A stretch of DNA of 62,161 bases, counting the filler, from Globobulimina sp. (lineage: Eukaryota): NCBI GenBank assembly GCA_003354225.1. It is 25 parts of 25 records of this genome, joined end to end, with 100 filler letters (N's around TTAATTAATTAA, not from the genome) between each part and the next. Parts side by side here need not be neighbours in the genome. Positions count along the whole stretch, not along the records: positions 1 to 2,393 come from PIVH01006946.1; positions 2,494 to 4,885 come from PIVH01006947.1; positions 4,986 to 7,377 come from PIVH01006948.1; positions 7,478 to 9,869 come from PIVH01006949.1; positions 9,970 to 12,361 come from PIVH01006950.1; 20 more parts are not named here. One strand, given 5' to 3'. The position numbers and the translations under genes were made by a program. How positions within the stretch are numbered: position 1 is the first letter of the stretch; each line of letters opens with the position of its first letter. The notes under the pieces were generated by a model, which worked only from the letters and a program-made list of their open reading frames with translations, had not been told where the DNA came from and did no database searches. Shown in pieces: positions 1 through 12,461 of the stretch.

Positions 1-405
1 GTATGAATGTAATATTCTATACATCACGAATTTAAAACATGACGAGTTTAGAATAAGCTCTTTAAATCAAAAATTTCCAAAAGGCAATATTCTAAACACG
101 TCCTATTCTAAAGTATATAAAGTTCACCCAAAAAACAAAAGTCTGGTGATAAGCTAAGGCTACCACCATCGTTTGATGTGTCTCTGCTTCATATTACTCG
201 ACCATATTGTATAAATTGGTTTAAACTTGTTTGAATCGGTTTAAATTTGTTTGAATTGGAATATAAATATAATATAAATACTATAAATATGCTATTTATA
301 CGAAGGATTCCATGAATAGCTCGTTTTGCATGTTGATGGCGGATTTCAAGTTCTCTATGAAGTGAGGTAAAAACTTTAAAAGTTTTCGGCATTCGTCACG
401 TTAAT

Positions 406-1044
406 ATGGCGCTTGAATGTAAGGAAAAAGATACTGTGCATCGCCAAGGATCATACAAAGGTAAACTGTGTCAATATGATAAAATACAAAGGATTATCTG
501 TAGATTATCGGCAACTGGTATCATGGTCGTAAAACACAAAGCATGGATGATTGAACTCGATGCGAAATGGAATAAAAAGAATGTAAACAATCAAATTGAA
601 AGCGTCACAAAAGATTACTTTCAATCAGACAAAGACTGTCGTTTTTGGCACAGATTTTTAGATATTTGGTCTGATGAACTTGGTGAATGGGGTGAACCAT
701 TTTGGATATCACAAAGCAATATGGACACATTGTATGGGATGCATGTCTCATTGGGTAGATATAGAAACGGCAAAGATAAAAGGCCAAAAGAATGGCGAAA
801 TGGACTACGAATAACAATAGATTTCAGTGATGCTGATATTGAAATTTGGCAATCTGCTCCTGTCAGAGAAGAAAGTCGAGTGCATTTTAGTAATAATCCA
901 CAAAAATGCCAGCAATCTGGAAAGACATGTTATCAAACCGGTTATGCTTTACTTTACTTTACTTTACTTTACTTTACTTTATCTAAAACCATACCGTCGT
1001 CACGGAACTTAACAACTTATCCAGTGATCGACCAGTTTTATTAG
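406..1044 (+). CDS. Hypothetical Trp-rich ORF, possibly a repeat-derived relic
   Basis: 212-aa ORF with no recognisable domain; the 3' end runs through a (CTTTA)n microsatellite. Confidence 0.3.
   Translation: MALECKEKDTVHRQGSYKGKLCQYDKIQRIICRLSATGIMVVKHKAWMIELDAKWNKKNVNNQIESVTKDYFQSDKDCRFWHRFLDIWSDELGEWGEPFWISQSNMDTLYGMHVSLGRYRNGKDKRPKEWRNGLRITIDFSDADIEIWQSAPVREESRVHFSNNPQKCQQSGKTCYQTGYALLYFTLLYFTLSKTIPSSRNLTTYPVIDQFY
947..981 (+). repeat. (CTTTA)n microsatellite
   Basis: About 7 tandem copies of ctttactttac... Confidence 0.9.
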
Positions 1045-1324
1045 ATCAAGCAATTAAACTCATTTTACTTTATAAATACGGTTCGCGACATCAAGTTTTA
1101 TTACTAATTGAGCTGTTAATCGAAACAAAGCTCCCAGCTGATATTATCGACAATATATTAGCATATTCGTTTTATTCCATCCCGGACACAAACCGCATCG
1201 TCGATAACTGCCAATCCTTAGGCGGTAACATAGAATTCGGCGGAAATTGTATTGGCTGCCTTAATTGCCAGCTTTCGTCAGACGAAGAAGAGACATTCAA
1301 TCCCTTTATATAAGCTATCTATCC

Positions 1325-2043
1325 ATGACTCAGCCGAATACGCCAAATAATTCGCCTGATATTGATTTACCGGACACAGTCTACGCAAATTCGCAGACAA
1401 ATATTCGTATTCCGGCCGACTTAACCCATCCTTTTTATAATTACAGCACTGGCATAGGTCTATACATCCATCCATTAATGGGCCATTTCCTCACAGTATT
1501 AATATTTGCCCTATTTATAGAATTTATTTATTACATCAAAGAATACGAAGGCTTTGACCCTGACCAATATCGCCAACCCGACCCATTCAACGTGACAGAA
1601 TTCCTTATTAGTAATCAAAAATTATTACAAATACGTCAATCATTATACGAATACGCGGCATTAATAAACGACATAGAAACAACAGAGACTATAATTTATT
1701 TTATTATTTAGTTGCCACTCTATCCATCGAAGAATACCGTGCTTTTTTAACACGTCCAGACGTCGAAGAAGATTACGGCGTAAACCAAGGTTTTAATCAT
1801 TTTAACATTGTAACTCTCACTGAATTTGGACGCGTAGAACTCTACGCCGCTCTTTTTGATCCAAATAAATTTAAATACTACGTCATTCAAGCTCGAATTG
1901 GCGAAGAATCAGTCAAATATCTTGACATTAGGAAATATCCATATATTCGTGATTTGGAACAGAAAAATCGTTTCACCGAAGACTTCTTCAAAGACGATCA
2001 GAAAGATAGTGATCGTGACAGCGACGGTGATTATTGTATTTAA
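1325..2043 (+). pseudogene. Frameshifted hypothetical gene
   Basis: ORF MTQPNTP...ETIIYFII* continues in another frame for ~115 codons (NLFYYLVATLSIEEYRAFLTRP...DSDGDYCI*) with a shift near 1680-1705. Confidence 0.45.
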
Positions 2044-2393
2044 ATCAAATCAAATCATATTTAAAGTAAGTAAATAAAGTATCCTTTTCCTTTTATTTCT
2101 TTTTTATTGATCCCCATATTTAGTATAATATATTTTTATTTGTGGTGTTCAATTTTTATTTTCCTTTTATTTTTTAAAAATTAGTTTAGTGTGACATCAA
2201 AATTGATCAACCTTTTTTGTCTTAAAATAGGTGCTTCAATTCATTTTATTTTATTTTTTTTTGTGAATTAAGTATATTTAACCAATATACTTCGATTTAA
2301 ATTGTTTTTATTTGCGAACTTTTTAAGTTTACAAATTAAACCCCCTCTTTTTTCTTATTTTATGATCAAAAGTGAATTTATTTTTGTTTTTCA

Positions 2394-2493
2394 NNNNNNN
2401 NNNNNNNNNNNNNNNNNNNNNNNNNNNNNNNNNNNNNTTAATTAATTAANNNNNNNNNNNNNNNNNNNNNNNNNNNNNNNNNNNNNNNNNNNN
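2394..2493. other. Artificial contig spacer (N44-TTAATTAATTAA-N44), first of 24 spaced about every 2.49 kb
   Basis: Identical 100-bp spacer with stops in all six frames recurs 24 times; contig lengths fall from 2393 to 2388 bp. Confidence 0.99.
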
Positions 2494-3422
2494 TCCTAAT
2501 CAATGAATCTCTATTCCAATTACTTTCAGAAGCAACTCTAAATAAATTACTTCCCGTTTCTGGAATGTCCTCATCAGATCCACCGCTCAATGAAATCTCA
2601 AAAGAGCTCCGTAAACTCGCTGAACTCACAAATGTAGAATTCATTAAAAACGTTTTCTTTTTAGAATCGTGTTTCTTCACAAGTGCGGATTCGTGTTTCA
2701 TTTGAGCCAGTTCTTGTTTTATTGCATTAAGTTTCTCTGCAGAAATTGAATCAGGACTCGTTTGCTCAATGTCAAGCTTATCCGCTATATCGAGAGAGCT
2801 TACGGAAGAACAATTATCATCCGGTAATTCCAGTTCCTATCAAATAATTTATGTGTTTTTGATATAAAAATATATATAAAAATACCTGAAAATCACTGTC
2901 AATGACACTTGTTTTGTATTGATTGGTTATGAATGCTGATACATCTAAAAGTGTTTCTGCCTTTGATATTGTTTTTTGTATCCGGCTGTCTGTTACATTT
3001 TTTTCATCACTTTGTATCTCATGCAATGTCATACAATTTACATTTTCCTCTTCTTTTTGTAGCTGTTTATGAGACGTCGTTTCAGTCAATTTCTCGTCAT
3101 GATTTTCTGCAGTCGTTTGTAACATTGTTAATCTGCATATTGTTGCATGTTGCGTTTGTTTGTACATTGGAATAGTACATGGAGGTTATATAGTAATTAA
3201 TCAACTCATTTGTTAACATCTTCCTCTCTGCTTTTTGTTGCTCCAGTTCCTGTGCCATAGCAGCTATCATATTATTTAATCTTTCATTCTCTATTTTAGA
3301 CTGTTTATATTCGTCGATTAGTTTCTGTTTGTATCGTGTGTCTTTTTTTGTCTTCCCAGAATTTGAGAATTCTCTACACTGGTCCCATGATTCAACGATT
3401 CCCATGTTTTCTTGTTTGATCC
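2494..3422 (-). CDS. Coiled-coil hypothetical protein, partial, with a 49-nt intron (2837-2885) and a probable frameshift near 3100-3170
   Basis: ORFs 3097-3459, 2817-3167 and 2438-2701; the GTATTT...TAG intron restores the frame into ELELPDDN...MKHES. Confidence 0.5.
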
Positions 3423-3749
3423 TGACCGGAAAAAATAAAAAAAGTAGAGCTGGATGCATGGGTTGGTCCTTATATATATTGTGGAACGTACGCTGGAACC
3501 ACTTATAACTATGACGATTTAATATAAGATATTTAGATTCTATGGTCGATAATTGATAATTCAGTGAAAAATATAAGATAAAAAAATGTTAAACGTGCGG
3601 ATTTAATCGGTTTTAAATATTTTTCTGTGCATGTTCAATCTGCAAAAGGTGTGGAAACAATATTTATTAGCAAAGTGACGGAATGTTAAATTTTTTGGAA
3701 TGGCTTTCAACCAAATATGTTAATTGAGCTTCCATTTCTTTTTTCTGCC

Positions 3750-3834
3750 ATCAATGAATCTCTATCCCAATTACTTTTGGACGCAACGCTAAATAAATTA
3801 CTTCCCGTTTCTGGAATATCCTCATCAGATCCAC
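3750..3834 (+). repeat. ~85-bp diverged direct duplicate of 2499-2583
   Basis: Both copies read atcaatgaatctctat.ccaattacttt...aaataaattacttcccgtttctggaat.tcctcatcagatccac. Confidence 0.9.
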
Positions 3835-3887
3835 GGAAAAATGTTTGACTTAAATATTTTGGCTCAAAAACATTTATTTAACAAACA

Positions 3888-4885
3888 ATGGACAATTGTT
3901 TTATCCTCATCATCATCGCCATTTTATCAGAATATACAATAAAGAGCACATCTCTACATTCAAAAAACACATTTAGTTACATTAACAACGACACATATTG
4001 GAAATCAGTCTCGGATTTCATTCCAATCAACAACGCCTCATATGGCTCAATTAAACTTGGTCGTTCTTTACGAATGGAATATAAATTCATGTACAACTCG
4101 CGAGCACAGTATCACTTAAACAATAGTAAAGATCACGAGAATGCATTTCGTATTGGATACAGCAGCGAAATAAGCAATCGTGCGGATGGCGCAGGTTCTC
4201 GTTATCCGTCAATGTGGATCTATTATGTTAACAGTTTGCCCTTTGTCAAATTTTCAATCTCGAATGAAGAAAATAACTGGAAAGAGTTTGGCGATTTATA
4301 TCCGATACAAAGCTATCAAACATATTCGGTGATCATTGAATTCAACCAAACCAATGTATTTATTTCCGTCTCCAATGATATTGTGTACAGTGGATTGCGT
4401 TCATTTGGTACATCCGAGTTGTTTTTAGATTCATTTATGAATATTTGGATAGCACAATTTGGCCACGACGGTATTGCCACACCCGCAGCAAATGTAACTA
4501 TGTCGGATATCATTATTGTAACTTGGGATCATTTGACCACTCCATCACCAACAACAACAAAAACAACAACGTTTTCACCAACAATTTCACCAATTGCAGG
4601 TACACAAAATCCAACAATGAGTCCACTGCAAACCATAGAAACGATTGTATCCAATCAAGCAATCGAATTATATGAATTTTATAATGAAACGTTAGATGAA
4701 TATAAGGATAAATATAAAATCTATGAATCTTTTATATATTTTGCAGTGATGATGGCGGCACAGAATATATCTAAGCATTCCATGGATATTAATGATGCGG
4801 ATAAATACACTGAAAAGGAATGGAATTATGGAGGCATTCATGAGATGAAACATTGTATGATGTTTAATCGCAAAATAATTGAAAA
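3888..4885 (+). CDS. Secreted/surface protein: signal peptide, beta-rich (possibly lectin/LamG-like) domain, PT-rich linker; 3'-partial
   Basis: Hydrophobic N-terminus FILIIIAIL, aromatic beta-rich domain, TTPSPTTT linker. Confidence 0.6.
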
Positions 4886-4985
4886 NNNNNNNNNNNNNNN
4901 NNNNNNNNNNNNNNNNNNNNNNNNNNNNNTTAATTAATTAANNNNNNNNNNNNNNNNNNNNNNNNNNNNNNNNNNNNNNNNNNNN

Positions 4986-6047
4986 AGTGGGTCTTCGCGT
5001 CGGCTGCGGTGAAGGGAAAGTGGTGGGGTCCGAGGTAGGATCGCGAGTGGGAGTGGATGAAGGCACGTTTGTGGGCGATTGGGTAGGCGACTCTGTAGGG
5101 TTTGGCGTGGGTTCTACGGTGGGATCGCGCGTGGGATGGCGCGTAGGGATTTGCGTGGGTTCGCGGGTGGGGATTTGCGAGGGGAACTCGGTGGGGAATG
5201 CGGTGGGGTCCAAGGTGGGAATGAGCGTGGGGTACAGGGTGGGCCAGGTCGGCTTTGGCGTGGGTTGTATGACGGGCGCCTCGTGGTGGTCAGGTGCATC
5301 TGTATGGGTATTTGGGTGCGGATGGGGTACAAATGTGTTTCGACAAAGTGAGTGTGCAAACCTCCACAGAAATTGGGTACTTCGGCGTCGGTGCAGGCAT
5401 AGCCATAGTTGGAGTTGGAGACGTAAGCGATGTGGCCATCTTCGACGGTGTCGGGCACAGTTGTGCAGAAATAGATATTTACATCGTTCTGCGGCGCAAA
5501 ATCGCAATTGTAGCGCATGCCTAATATGCCATACTCTTCGTCGCGTAATAAGGTGGTGGTGCAGTTGAATACCGTGGAAGCACCGTAATCGATGATGATA
5601 TGCTCTAAATCGGCGACTGTGTGGTCGCATTCTGAGGTTGAGACGCCTAATTCTACGAAATCTATTTGCTCGGTGCATAGGTCGTGTTGGTTATAGTCTT
5701 CACTGCGTGTTATTGTGTAGGTATAACAGTGGACGTCATAGCCGTAGGTCACGTCGTGCCGGGTGTAGGAAGAAGTGTATTCGACGAAAAATGCTCGATC
5801 TTCACAGGAACATCCGAGTGGGGCTTCAGCTGTTTATTTTTTGTATTGTATTTTGTGCGTTTTATAGTGTTTAGTTTGGCTTTAATTTGCAGGCTGTTTG
5901 TGTACTGTAATGAGAATCGTTGTTACGTACAAAAACAGGAATGTATAGTTACGACGGAAATTTGTATGTATTTATGTATAACTAAACTCCACCACAACTG
6001 AGCAGATGAGATAGAGATAAAAAGTATATGTATTAATGTTGTCCATT
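4986..6047 (-). CDS. Mucin-like PT-repeat surface protein with a Cys-rich domain; spliced, 3'-partial
   Basis: A GTTTGC...ATACAG intron (~5301-5362) joins NFCG to DAPDHHEAP then the PTxxPT repeats; the upstream exon structure is approximate. Confidence 0.65.
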
Positions 6048-6239
6048 TTAGCCATTGCATCATATTCTTTGGCTGCTCAAATCCAAATGAGGATAATTAT
6101 TTGTTTCGACTGATTGAAAGATATGTTGTTAAAAGTATAAAAGAAGCAGCAATGGTCAAATGGCCAAAAGTTTTTTTTTTGTTTGTTTTTATATCCGTTT
6201 TTTATCCGCAAAAACGGATATAAAAACATCGTTCAATTA

Positions 6240-7377
6240 ATGGGAAACTCACAAAAACAAGCGACAAAAGTGATGTCGTACAAAGGAAAAAGTGACAATT
6301 TATCGAAAGAATTGCGTCGTTTACAAACAGAATATAAAGACAATTTTGTCCCATTATATGAACGGAAATGGATAAAAACACAACCATTTGATGATAATTC
6401 AGTTGATGCAAAATCTTCCGTTGATGAAAAATCTTCCATTGAATTTAGTATTTTACAATTTAATATTTTAGCAGATGGCTTATCCGGTGCATATGCTACA
6501 GGAATGAAAAAATTTGACAAAGCACCCCAAGAATCATTATATTTTAAGTATCGCGGATTTCGTATTTTGGAAGAAATTGCAAATACATTGCCAGATATTA
6601 TCACAATGGAAGAAGTTGATACTTTTAATTTTTTATCATATTATCTTGAACCAATGGGATATTCCGGTTGTCATCAAGCAAAAGCACATAGTCCCTGCGT
6701 TAACATTGGCAGACAAAACAACATTGACTTACCTCCGGATGGTGTTGCTATCTTTTATAAAAATGAAAAATTTAAAATTGTTGAAGAAAACATCTATAAA
6801 TATACGAAACCCGTTGTTGCTATGTTGGTACACTTCAAATTCGTTCAATATGATAAGGAGTTTCTTGTTGGTGTCACTCATTTGAAAGCTGCCAAAGATT
6901 GTAGAGGAGAGTCCATTCGATTGAAGCAGTTAAATGTTTTGTTACCGACATGGTTGCAAATTAAACATAACTCAAAGGATATTGACTTATTTATTGGCTG
7001 CGATTTGAATTCACCAAATGTGAATACGTGCGGCTTTCCGCCGATGGCTTACCATTCAATTGTTAATCCAACATTATTTATTGATAAATATGTGAATGGA
7101 AACAATGATAATAATAATAATAATATTGCAGTGCCAGAGAATTATGAGAGTGGGTATGGATTAAATATGTCAAGTGCTTATTTTATTGGTTTAGGGAATG
7201 AGCCACCATTTACAACATATAAATCAAGGCAAACAGTGACTTGTCATACTATCGATTACATATTTTACGAAAGGGACAAATGGGATGTAATTAAATTGTT
7301 AAGTATTCCAAAGGATGATGAGGTAAAAAATAGAAAAACTTATATTCCTGCATGGGATTATCCATCTGATCATTTTG
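6240..7377 (+). CDS. NOCT: Nocturnin/CCR4-like EEP phosphatase, 3'-partial
   Basis: Motifs QFNILADGL, PDIITMEEVD, THLKA, GCDLN, TIDYIFY, YPSDH. Confidence 0.85.
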
Positions 7378-7594
7378 NNNNNNNNNNNNNNNNNNNNNNN
7401 NNNNNNNNNNNNNNNNNNNNNTTAATTAATTAANNNNNNNNNNNNNNNNNNNNNNNNNNNNNNNNNNNNNNNNNNNNCGGCTTACTGGTCAGCTTGCTGA
7501 CCATACATTGCTTTTCATTTTCCTGGTCAGCTTGCAGACCATGCATTTCGTCGTCTGCTTTTGGCTCATTGTTTCGATGGTGTGTTGACTTGTT

Positions 7595-8881
7595 GCCCTA
7601 AATTTTGGATATAATGCTCAACGAATAATGCATTGGTTTACAAAGCAGAAATCATCATATTGGACATCAATCGAATCAAAATTAAAAATTATTCATTATT
7701 CATCATCACCAAAGCCATGGAATATTAAACCATCACAAAGAATTTGCGATAAATTAGAAATAATTTGGCATAAAAATTGGTTATCTTTAAATCAAAAAAT
7801 AAATAAAAATAAAAATACAATCATTGAATTGAGTGAAAATAACAATTATAAGCAAGTAAACACAAAAATACACAGTAAGTATAAATTTGATTTGCAAATA
7901 TTTGATATTGACTTTAATGAGTTAATGACAAAAAGATGTATCGAATTTGGACGGATTTCTGATACAAACGAAGAAAAACAGTTTTTATTGCATTTTAATC
8001 ATAAATTTAATGAATTTCTCAATGGATTAAAGGCGAAGGAGCCTGTGGTAGAAAGTGATTTTATTTTTAATGGGATTCCTAAAATAATCCATCAGATTTG
8101 GTTGGGTCCAAATGAGATACCAAAAGAATATATATCATGGAGCAAAACATGGCATAAATTCCATCCAAATTGGAAATATATGTTATGGACAGACAAAGAG
8201 TTAAATAATTTTCAGTGGCAATCGAAGATTAATAAATCATTATTTCAATTGGCTAATAATTATGGTGAGAAATCGGATATTTTGCGATTAGAAATTTTAT
8301 TCAAATATGGTGGAATTTATGTTGATTTTGATTTTGAATGTATTCAAACATTTGATTTATTTTCAACTGACAGCGAGAATATTTCATGTTTTTTTGGGTT
8401 TAGCAACAACGGTCTGCCGGAAGTAAATAATGCGTTGATTGGAATAAAAGCAAAACATAAAATACTAACAGATATTTGGCGCTCAATACAAGTAATTTGC
8501 AGTACAAATGATAATAATAATACATTAATTAGGAGTGGTCCAATCCAATTAAGTAGATGTTTAATGAATAATTATTTATCATATAATGATATTTTAGTAT
8601 TTCCAATAAAATGTTTTTATCCATTTCCAAATAACATGAGATTTTTGCCAATAAATGATAGATTTATATATTATGACAATAATACCTTCGCTGTACACCA
8701 TTGGGGTTGTTCATGGAATAAAAAATTTAAAAATACCGTTACCATAAATCAAAATAATCAAACAGAAAAAAAAGATCTAGAAGAAAAAATCAATGATTCT
8801 AATTCTAATATTATTGACTCGATAATGAATACACCCAATAACATTGCTTTACAATCAAGAATCATGAGTTTCTTGCAATAA
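7595..8881 (+). CDS. Glycosyltransferase fusion: GT8/glycogenin-like C-terminus plus GT32 (DXD) domain; 5'-partial
   Basis: FGYNAQR...IIHYSSSPKPW (GT8) followed by IPKIIHQIWLG, KSDILRLEILFKYGGIYVDFD and AVHHWGCSW (GT32). Confidence 0.8.
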   Translation, partial: ALNFGYNAQRIMHWFTKQKSSYWTSIESKLKIIHYSSSPKPWNIKPSQRICDKLEIIWHKNWLSLNQKINKNKNTIIELSENNNYKQVNTKIHSKYKFDLQIFDIDFNELMTKRCIEFGRISDTNEEKQFLLHFNHKFNEFLNGLKAKEPVVESDFIFNGIPKIIHQIWLGPNEIPKEYISWSKTWHKFHPNWKYMLWTDKELNNFQWQSKINKSLFQLANNYGEKSDILRLEILFKYGGIYVDFDFECIQTFDLFSTDSENISCFFGFSNNGLPEVNNALIGIKAKHKILTDIWRSIQVICSTNDNNNTLIRSGPIQLSRCLMNNYLSYNDILVFPIKCFYPFPNNMRFLPINDRFIYYDNNTFAVHHWGCSWNKKFKNTVTINQNNQTEKKDLEEKINDSNSNIIDSIMNTPNNIALQSRIMSFLQ

Positions 8882-9013
8882 TAAAATGCAATCACGAATA
8901 GTACATGAGTTTTTCATTCTGCTTCAATTGGTCAAGGAAGTATTGAGTCTGTAGGGAAAATAATTAAATAAGAGATGTTAATCAAGAGTTATTTTTAAAC
9001 CACGTGTAGCAAT

Positions 9014-9869
9014 TTAACATGTCCAATCGGCTCGAGCCAAATCTTGAGCAACGAATACAACATATAATACCATCATTGCCACACCCAATTTTTTGGTCAT
9101 TCTCCAATTCGCTATTTTTATCATGATAATAATGCAAAGCAACATTGCCAATAATATTAATATACTAAATTCCAAACCCTCAGCGTCAACTGCTACTGGT
9201 CTACCATTGTAACAAAGTGAATACAATAACCATGGAACTGGCAGACCAACCAAAACATCAAATATATTGGAGCCAATTGATGAAGATACAGCCATATCGC
9301 CATGACCCTGCCTGGCGACAATAACCGAAGATAATAGGTCGGGTATAGAGGTGCCTGCCGCTAAGAATGTTAACCCCATCACAACTAATGGTATTTTTAA
9401 TGTGTCACCAACTATTTGTGTCCATTCCACTAAAAAAAAGGAAAATACCCCAATCCACACAATTGAAATTATAAACGAGAAATAACAATATTTTGCTTTG
9501 CTTGGATGTCTGGTGTCTGGAATTGTGTACATAAATAATATTATTAATGGTATGGTTAAAATGAACCAAAATCGAGCCATAAATGTTTTGGGAAATTTCA
9601 ATATATTTTCTGTACCTTCTACAAATTTTGCTTGTTTGCCAAAACAACGTAATTTTTCTTGATAATATTCTGTTGACACAAACCATTTCTTAAATTCATC
9701 AAACGTCATTTCATTGCATTGAATATCATATTCTTCAAATATTTTTTCAACATCTTCATGTGATAAATTTTCAACTCCCAAAGTTTCCAAAAATGCATGA
9801 ATTTCCGAGACATTTAACACATCTTTTTGATCAAAATCGATCGTATCATAAATAAATTTCATCTCTCCC
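9014..9869 (-). CDS. K-dependent Na/Ca exchanger (NCKX/SLC24) C-terminal half with an EF-hand pair; 5'-partial
   Basis: Alpha-2 repeat [14 protein letters not shown] and [17 protein letters not shown]-hand-like [12 protein letters not shown] and MTFDEFKKW. Confidence 0.9.
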
Positions 9870-10212
9870 NNNNNNNNNNNNNNNNNNNNNNNNNNNNNNN
9901 NNNNNNNNNNNNNTTAATTAATTAANNNNNNNNNNNNNNNNNNNNNNNNNNNNNNNNNNNNNNNNNNNNCATATGGAGAGACAGTAGAGGCAATAGAGTG
10001 AGGATTATTTATTAATCCACGCTGCTGGCAAGCAATCCCTTAGACTTAAGTAGACATTAAATGTAACGGTCTCGAAAATGTATAGATCCATATTTTGCAG
10101 CTTCTTTTTCAGACTCTGTATACAATAAAAAATCAGGATTGGTGCCAAATGTATCGTTTGAACGTTTATTTGATTTAGAAAAAAAATTAATTAAAGAAAA
10201 AATAACAAATAA

Positions 10213-12041
10213 CTACTTATGTTCTTTTGTATTATGGTTATGCCATTGCATTATTGGTGTGCTTTTCCCTTTTTTTTTTGGTCGAACAAAAAACGCTTTA
10301 CAATCACCTTTTAAACACATGATATATCTCTTTTTAGTGTCCCACGACCAGTCCGATGTCCATTTGGTACTCTTATCCGGATCCTGTTTTTTGCAAAGAT
10401 ATCCCCACCATTGTATCACGAGTTGCTTCCTATTCCATAGATGATAATGTTTCCCCATGGTTTTGCAATAATGTTTTGTTTTGCCATTTACTTCAATTTC
10501 AACAATATCATCTTCAATGGAATCCATATTCATCATTTGTTTCTCATTTTTCTTGATTTGACTCACAATTTTTCGTTCTTTCTCAACTATCTCCGGATGA
10601 CTCCGAAAATGTTTTAATAAATCTTCCTGTTCTTTCACTGTATTTTCTTGCAAATAGTAACATAATTTTTTTTTTCGTTTTTTTCTATTTTTTTTCGATT
10701 TCTTTTTGTTAGCATCATGTTTTTTATTTCCTTTTCTGATCATTGATATAATTGCAACTGATTTTGATTTTAATTGGGTGTCAATTATTTGTTTACTTTC
10801 ATTTGGACAAAATAAAAACAAAAATTGTAATATCTCATTCATCATTTTATGACTTGGCGTAAATAACCATCGATATTCCTCCATATCTGCACAATTACAT
10901 ATTAATTGCAATAAAGCATAAATCCATTCTGATTCCCACATCGGTTTATAATTATTATTTACATTTTTGTCTTCAACAATCGAACCGCAACAACACGCAA
11001 TGAAATACATCCATAACATTTGATTTTTTCTGCTCGGTTTATATTTATTTAATAAAACAACAACGGCTTTAATAGAAACGTTTCTATATCGACATTGTGC
11101 GATGATGAATGACTGTGCCACAGTCTTCAAATGTGTATAACAATCAATATCCGCTTTTAATGTGATGGATAATGTAAACAGTTTGTTTAATAAATCGAAA
11201 ATATGCATTGTTTCTATCGTATTTGCATATGTTACCAAGCAATATATAAATATTAATATTGATTGGATTACATTTCTATTCAATTGTGGTGAATTATTAT
11301 TGGTATCGATCTCTCTCAACACCTCATTCTTTTCTTCATCATTTTCTGTTTCATTCTCAATAATTGCGGTCATAAATTGGCACACAGCCTCTGTCATAAT
11401 AATATTATTTTTATTTATCATTTGGTAATTTGCGGCGGATCTCATCCATTGTGATAACTCAACAATACTTCCCGGACTGTTGTCATATACACCGCACATA
11501 ATAGCATTAAAACGTTCATAATCATCATCATTCAAACTCTCATTTCTCTCATTAGTTTTAGTCTTTTTCGCGCTGCCATCGGCTACATATTATGTACATA
11601 TATGATATGTATGTTAGTATATAAAGTACGAAACATTTTCGATGTTACTTAACATAATTTTTGTTTCTTTGATGTATGAAAAGATGCCCATTGATCCATG
11701 ACAGCAGCCGATAAATCCAGGGCATAATTATTATTATTATTATTATTATTATTATTGTTGTTGTGGTTGTTGTTGTTGTTATTGTTACCACCTCGTCCTC
11801 CTCCGCTATTATTACCATGGTTGCCACCACCATTACCTCCACGGCCTCCTCCTCCTCCTCCATTATTACCATTGTTATCACCACCTCCTCCGTTATTGCC
11901 GTTACTATTATTAATGGTTTGGCCAGAAACTACCTGCTGATCCACTGTTTGATTTGTTACATTTTGGGTTTGCACATATACAAAGGAGGTTCCCGGCCGT
12001 AGGTTATTGACAATATCCCGTAGTTCTCTTCCAGTGCTCAT
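10213..12041 (-). CDS. Two-exon protein: Gly/Asn-rich N-terminus, helical middle, C-terminal C-x4-C...H-x-H zinc finger
   Basis: A GTTAAG...ATGTAG intron (~11584-11653) joins ORFs 11649-12041 and 10213-11535 in frame; C-terminus CLKGDC...WHNH. Confidence 0.6.
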
Positions 12042-12161
12042 TGTTACAAATAAGTTTTATAAGTTTCTATTATGAATGATTTATAAGTTTTATAAGCAAA
12101 AAAAAAACGATTTATCAAATCAAAAACACGCAAGTATTGGACATTCATTCTAGTTTATTAA

Positions 12162-12361
12162 TTATTTATTATACAGCACAGCATCTGGCTTTTCTGCACC
12201 ATGCTTATGCATTGTCGTTCCTTCCTCGATTCCATCATTGCTGCTCTCGATTATAAATTCATCAGCTCCGATATTATGATTATAACCTTCCGTCGGCGCA
12301 CTTCCTTTCTTATTCCCATCATCCATTCCATCCGAATCTGTCAAAACTTCCATCTGTGTCA
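12162..12361 (-). CDS. 3' end of an acidic hypothetical protein
   Basis: Open from the contig edge to the stop at 12162. Confidence 0.4.
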
Positions 12362-12461
12362 NNNNNNNNNNNNNNNNNNNNNNNNNNNNNNNNNNNNNNN
12401 NNNNNTTAATTAATTAANNNNNNNNNNNNNNNNNNNNNNNNNNNNNNNNNNNNNNNNNNNN

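Noticed and set aside
4987-5568. Plus-strand VG-repeat ORF and similar antisense ORFs (33544-34422, 55381-55983, 60224-61520)
   Set aside because: Shadow frames of GC-rich or repetitive real genes on the other strand or frame
11726-11915. (ATT)n, (GTT)n and (CCT)n tracts, also (AAT)n at 53728-53762
   Set aside because: Ordinary poly-Asn/Gly coding microsatellites
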